A stretch of 63,739 nucleotides of DNA, filler included, from Octopus bimaculoides (Eukaryota), in the NCBI RefSeq assembly GCF_001194135.2. It is 5 parts of 3 records of this genome, joined end to end, with 100 filler letters (N's around TTAATTAATTAA, not from the genome) between each part and the next. Parts side by side here need not be neighbours in the genome. Positions count along the whole stretch, not along the records: positions 54,681 to 63,739 come from NC_068989.1; 4 more parts are not named here. The stretch is one strand, 5' to 3'. Every line of letters starts with the position of its first letter. Within the stretch, counting starts at the first letter, position 1. A program made the translations under genes and the position numbers. The notes below the pieces were generated by a model. It worked only from the letters and a program-made list of their open reading frames with translations, was not told the DNA's origin and did no database searches. Positions 63,545-63,739 of this stretch are shown here, piece by piece.

Positions 63545-63739
63545 ATACAGACAGTACACGGCTTTACCAAGGAAATAGATATGAAATTCGGATTAGAAAA
63601 ATGTGCCAAAGCAACCCTGAAAAGAGGAAAATTAGTTAAAAGTAGCAATATAACACTAGATAAAGCCAATGAAATAAGAGAACTAGACGAAAGCCAACCA
63701 TATAAGTATTTAGGAGTCAATGAACTAGATAGGATACAA
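63545..63739 (+). mobile_element. R4/Dong-clade non-LTR retrotransposon RT fragment, 5'-truncated, runs off the window
   Basis: Open 65-codon frame IQTVHGFTKEIDMKFGLEKCAKATLKRGKL...ELDESQPYKYLGVNE; the MxFGLxKC...RGK...YKYLG signature is typical of the R4 clade; abuts an (AAT)n tract at 63503-63544. Confidence 0.8.

Overview
AT-rich, microsatellite- and transposon-dense animal genomic DNA. The repeat content suggests an octopus/coleoid cephalopod assembly (inference, not verified). The window is not one contiguous contig: four artificial 100-bp spacers (44 N + TTAATTAATTAA + 44 N) split it into five joined segments (1-19738, 19839-33386, 33487-50821, 50922-54580, 54681-63739). The only host gene I can identify is a partial minus-strand TMTC3 (TPR-containing protein O-mannosyltransferase): 15 GT-AG exons (33098 to 22208) splice into one open frame of about 589 codons. 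Its N-terminal and C-terminal exons were not found, consistent with the segment boundaries. The rest is mostly dead or non-autonomous mobile DNA: mariner DD34D, DD37D Tc1-like, Buster/SPIN-type hAT, MITEs, CR1, RTE, Tx1-like and R4/Dong LINE fragments, several tRNA-derived SINE families and Penelope-like remnants. Almost all short ORFs in the supplied track are microsatellite or N-gap artefacts. Best hunt items: two minimal hammerhead-ribozyme-like motifs with non-canonical cores (one with a G3-C8 swap of the conserved C3-G8 pair); a TSD-flanked 434-bp insertion with direct terminal repeats across which a tRNA-like cloverleaf is split; two long palindromes; a dispersed 28S rRNA fragment; a CpG-rich ACGA/ACGT satellite; and a same-strand SINE pile-up in TMTC3 introns.
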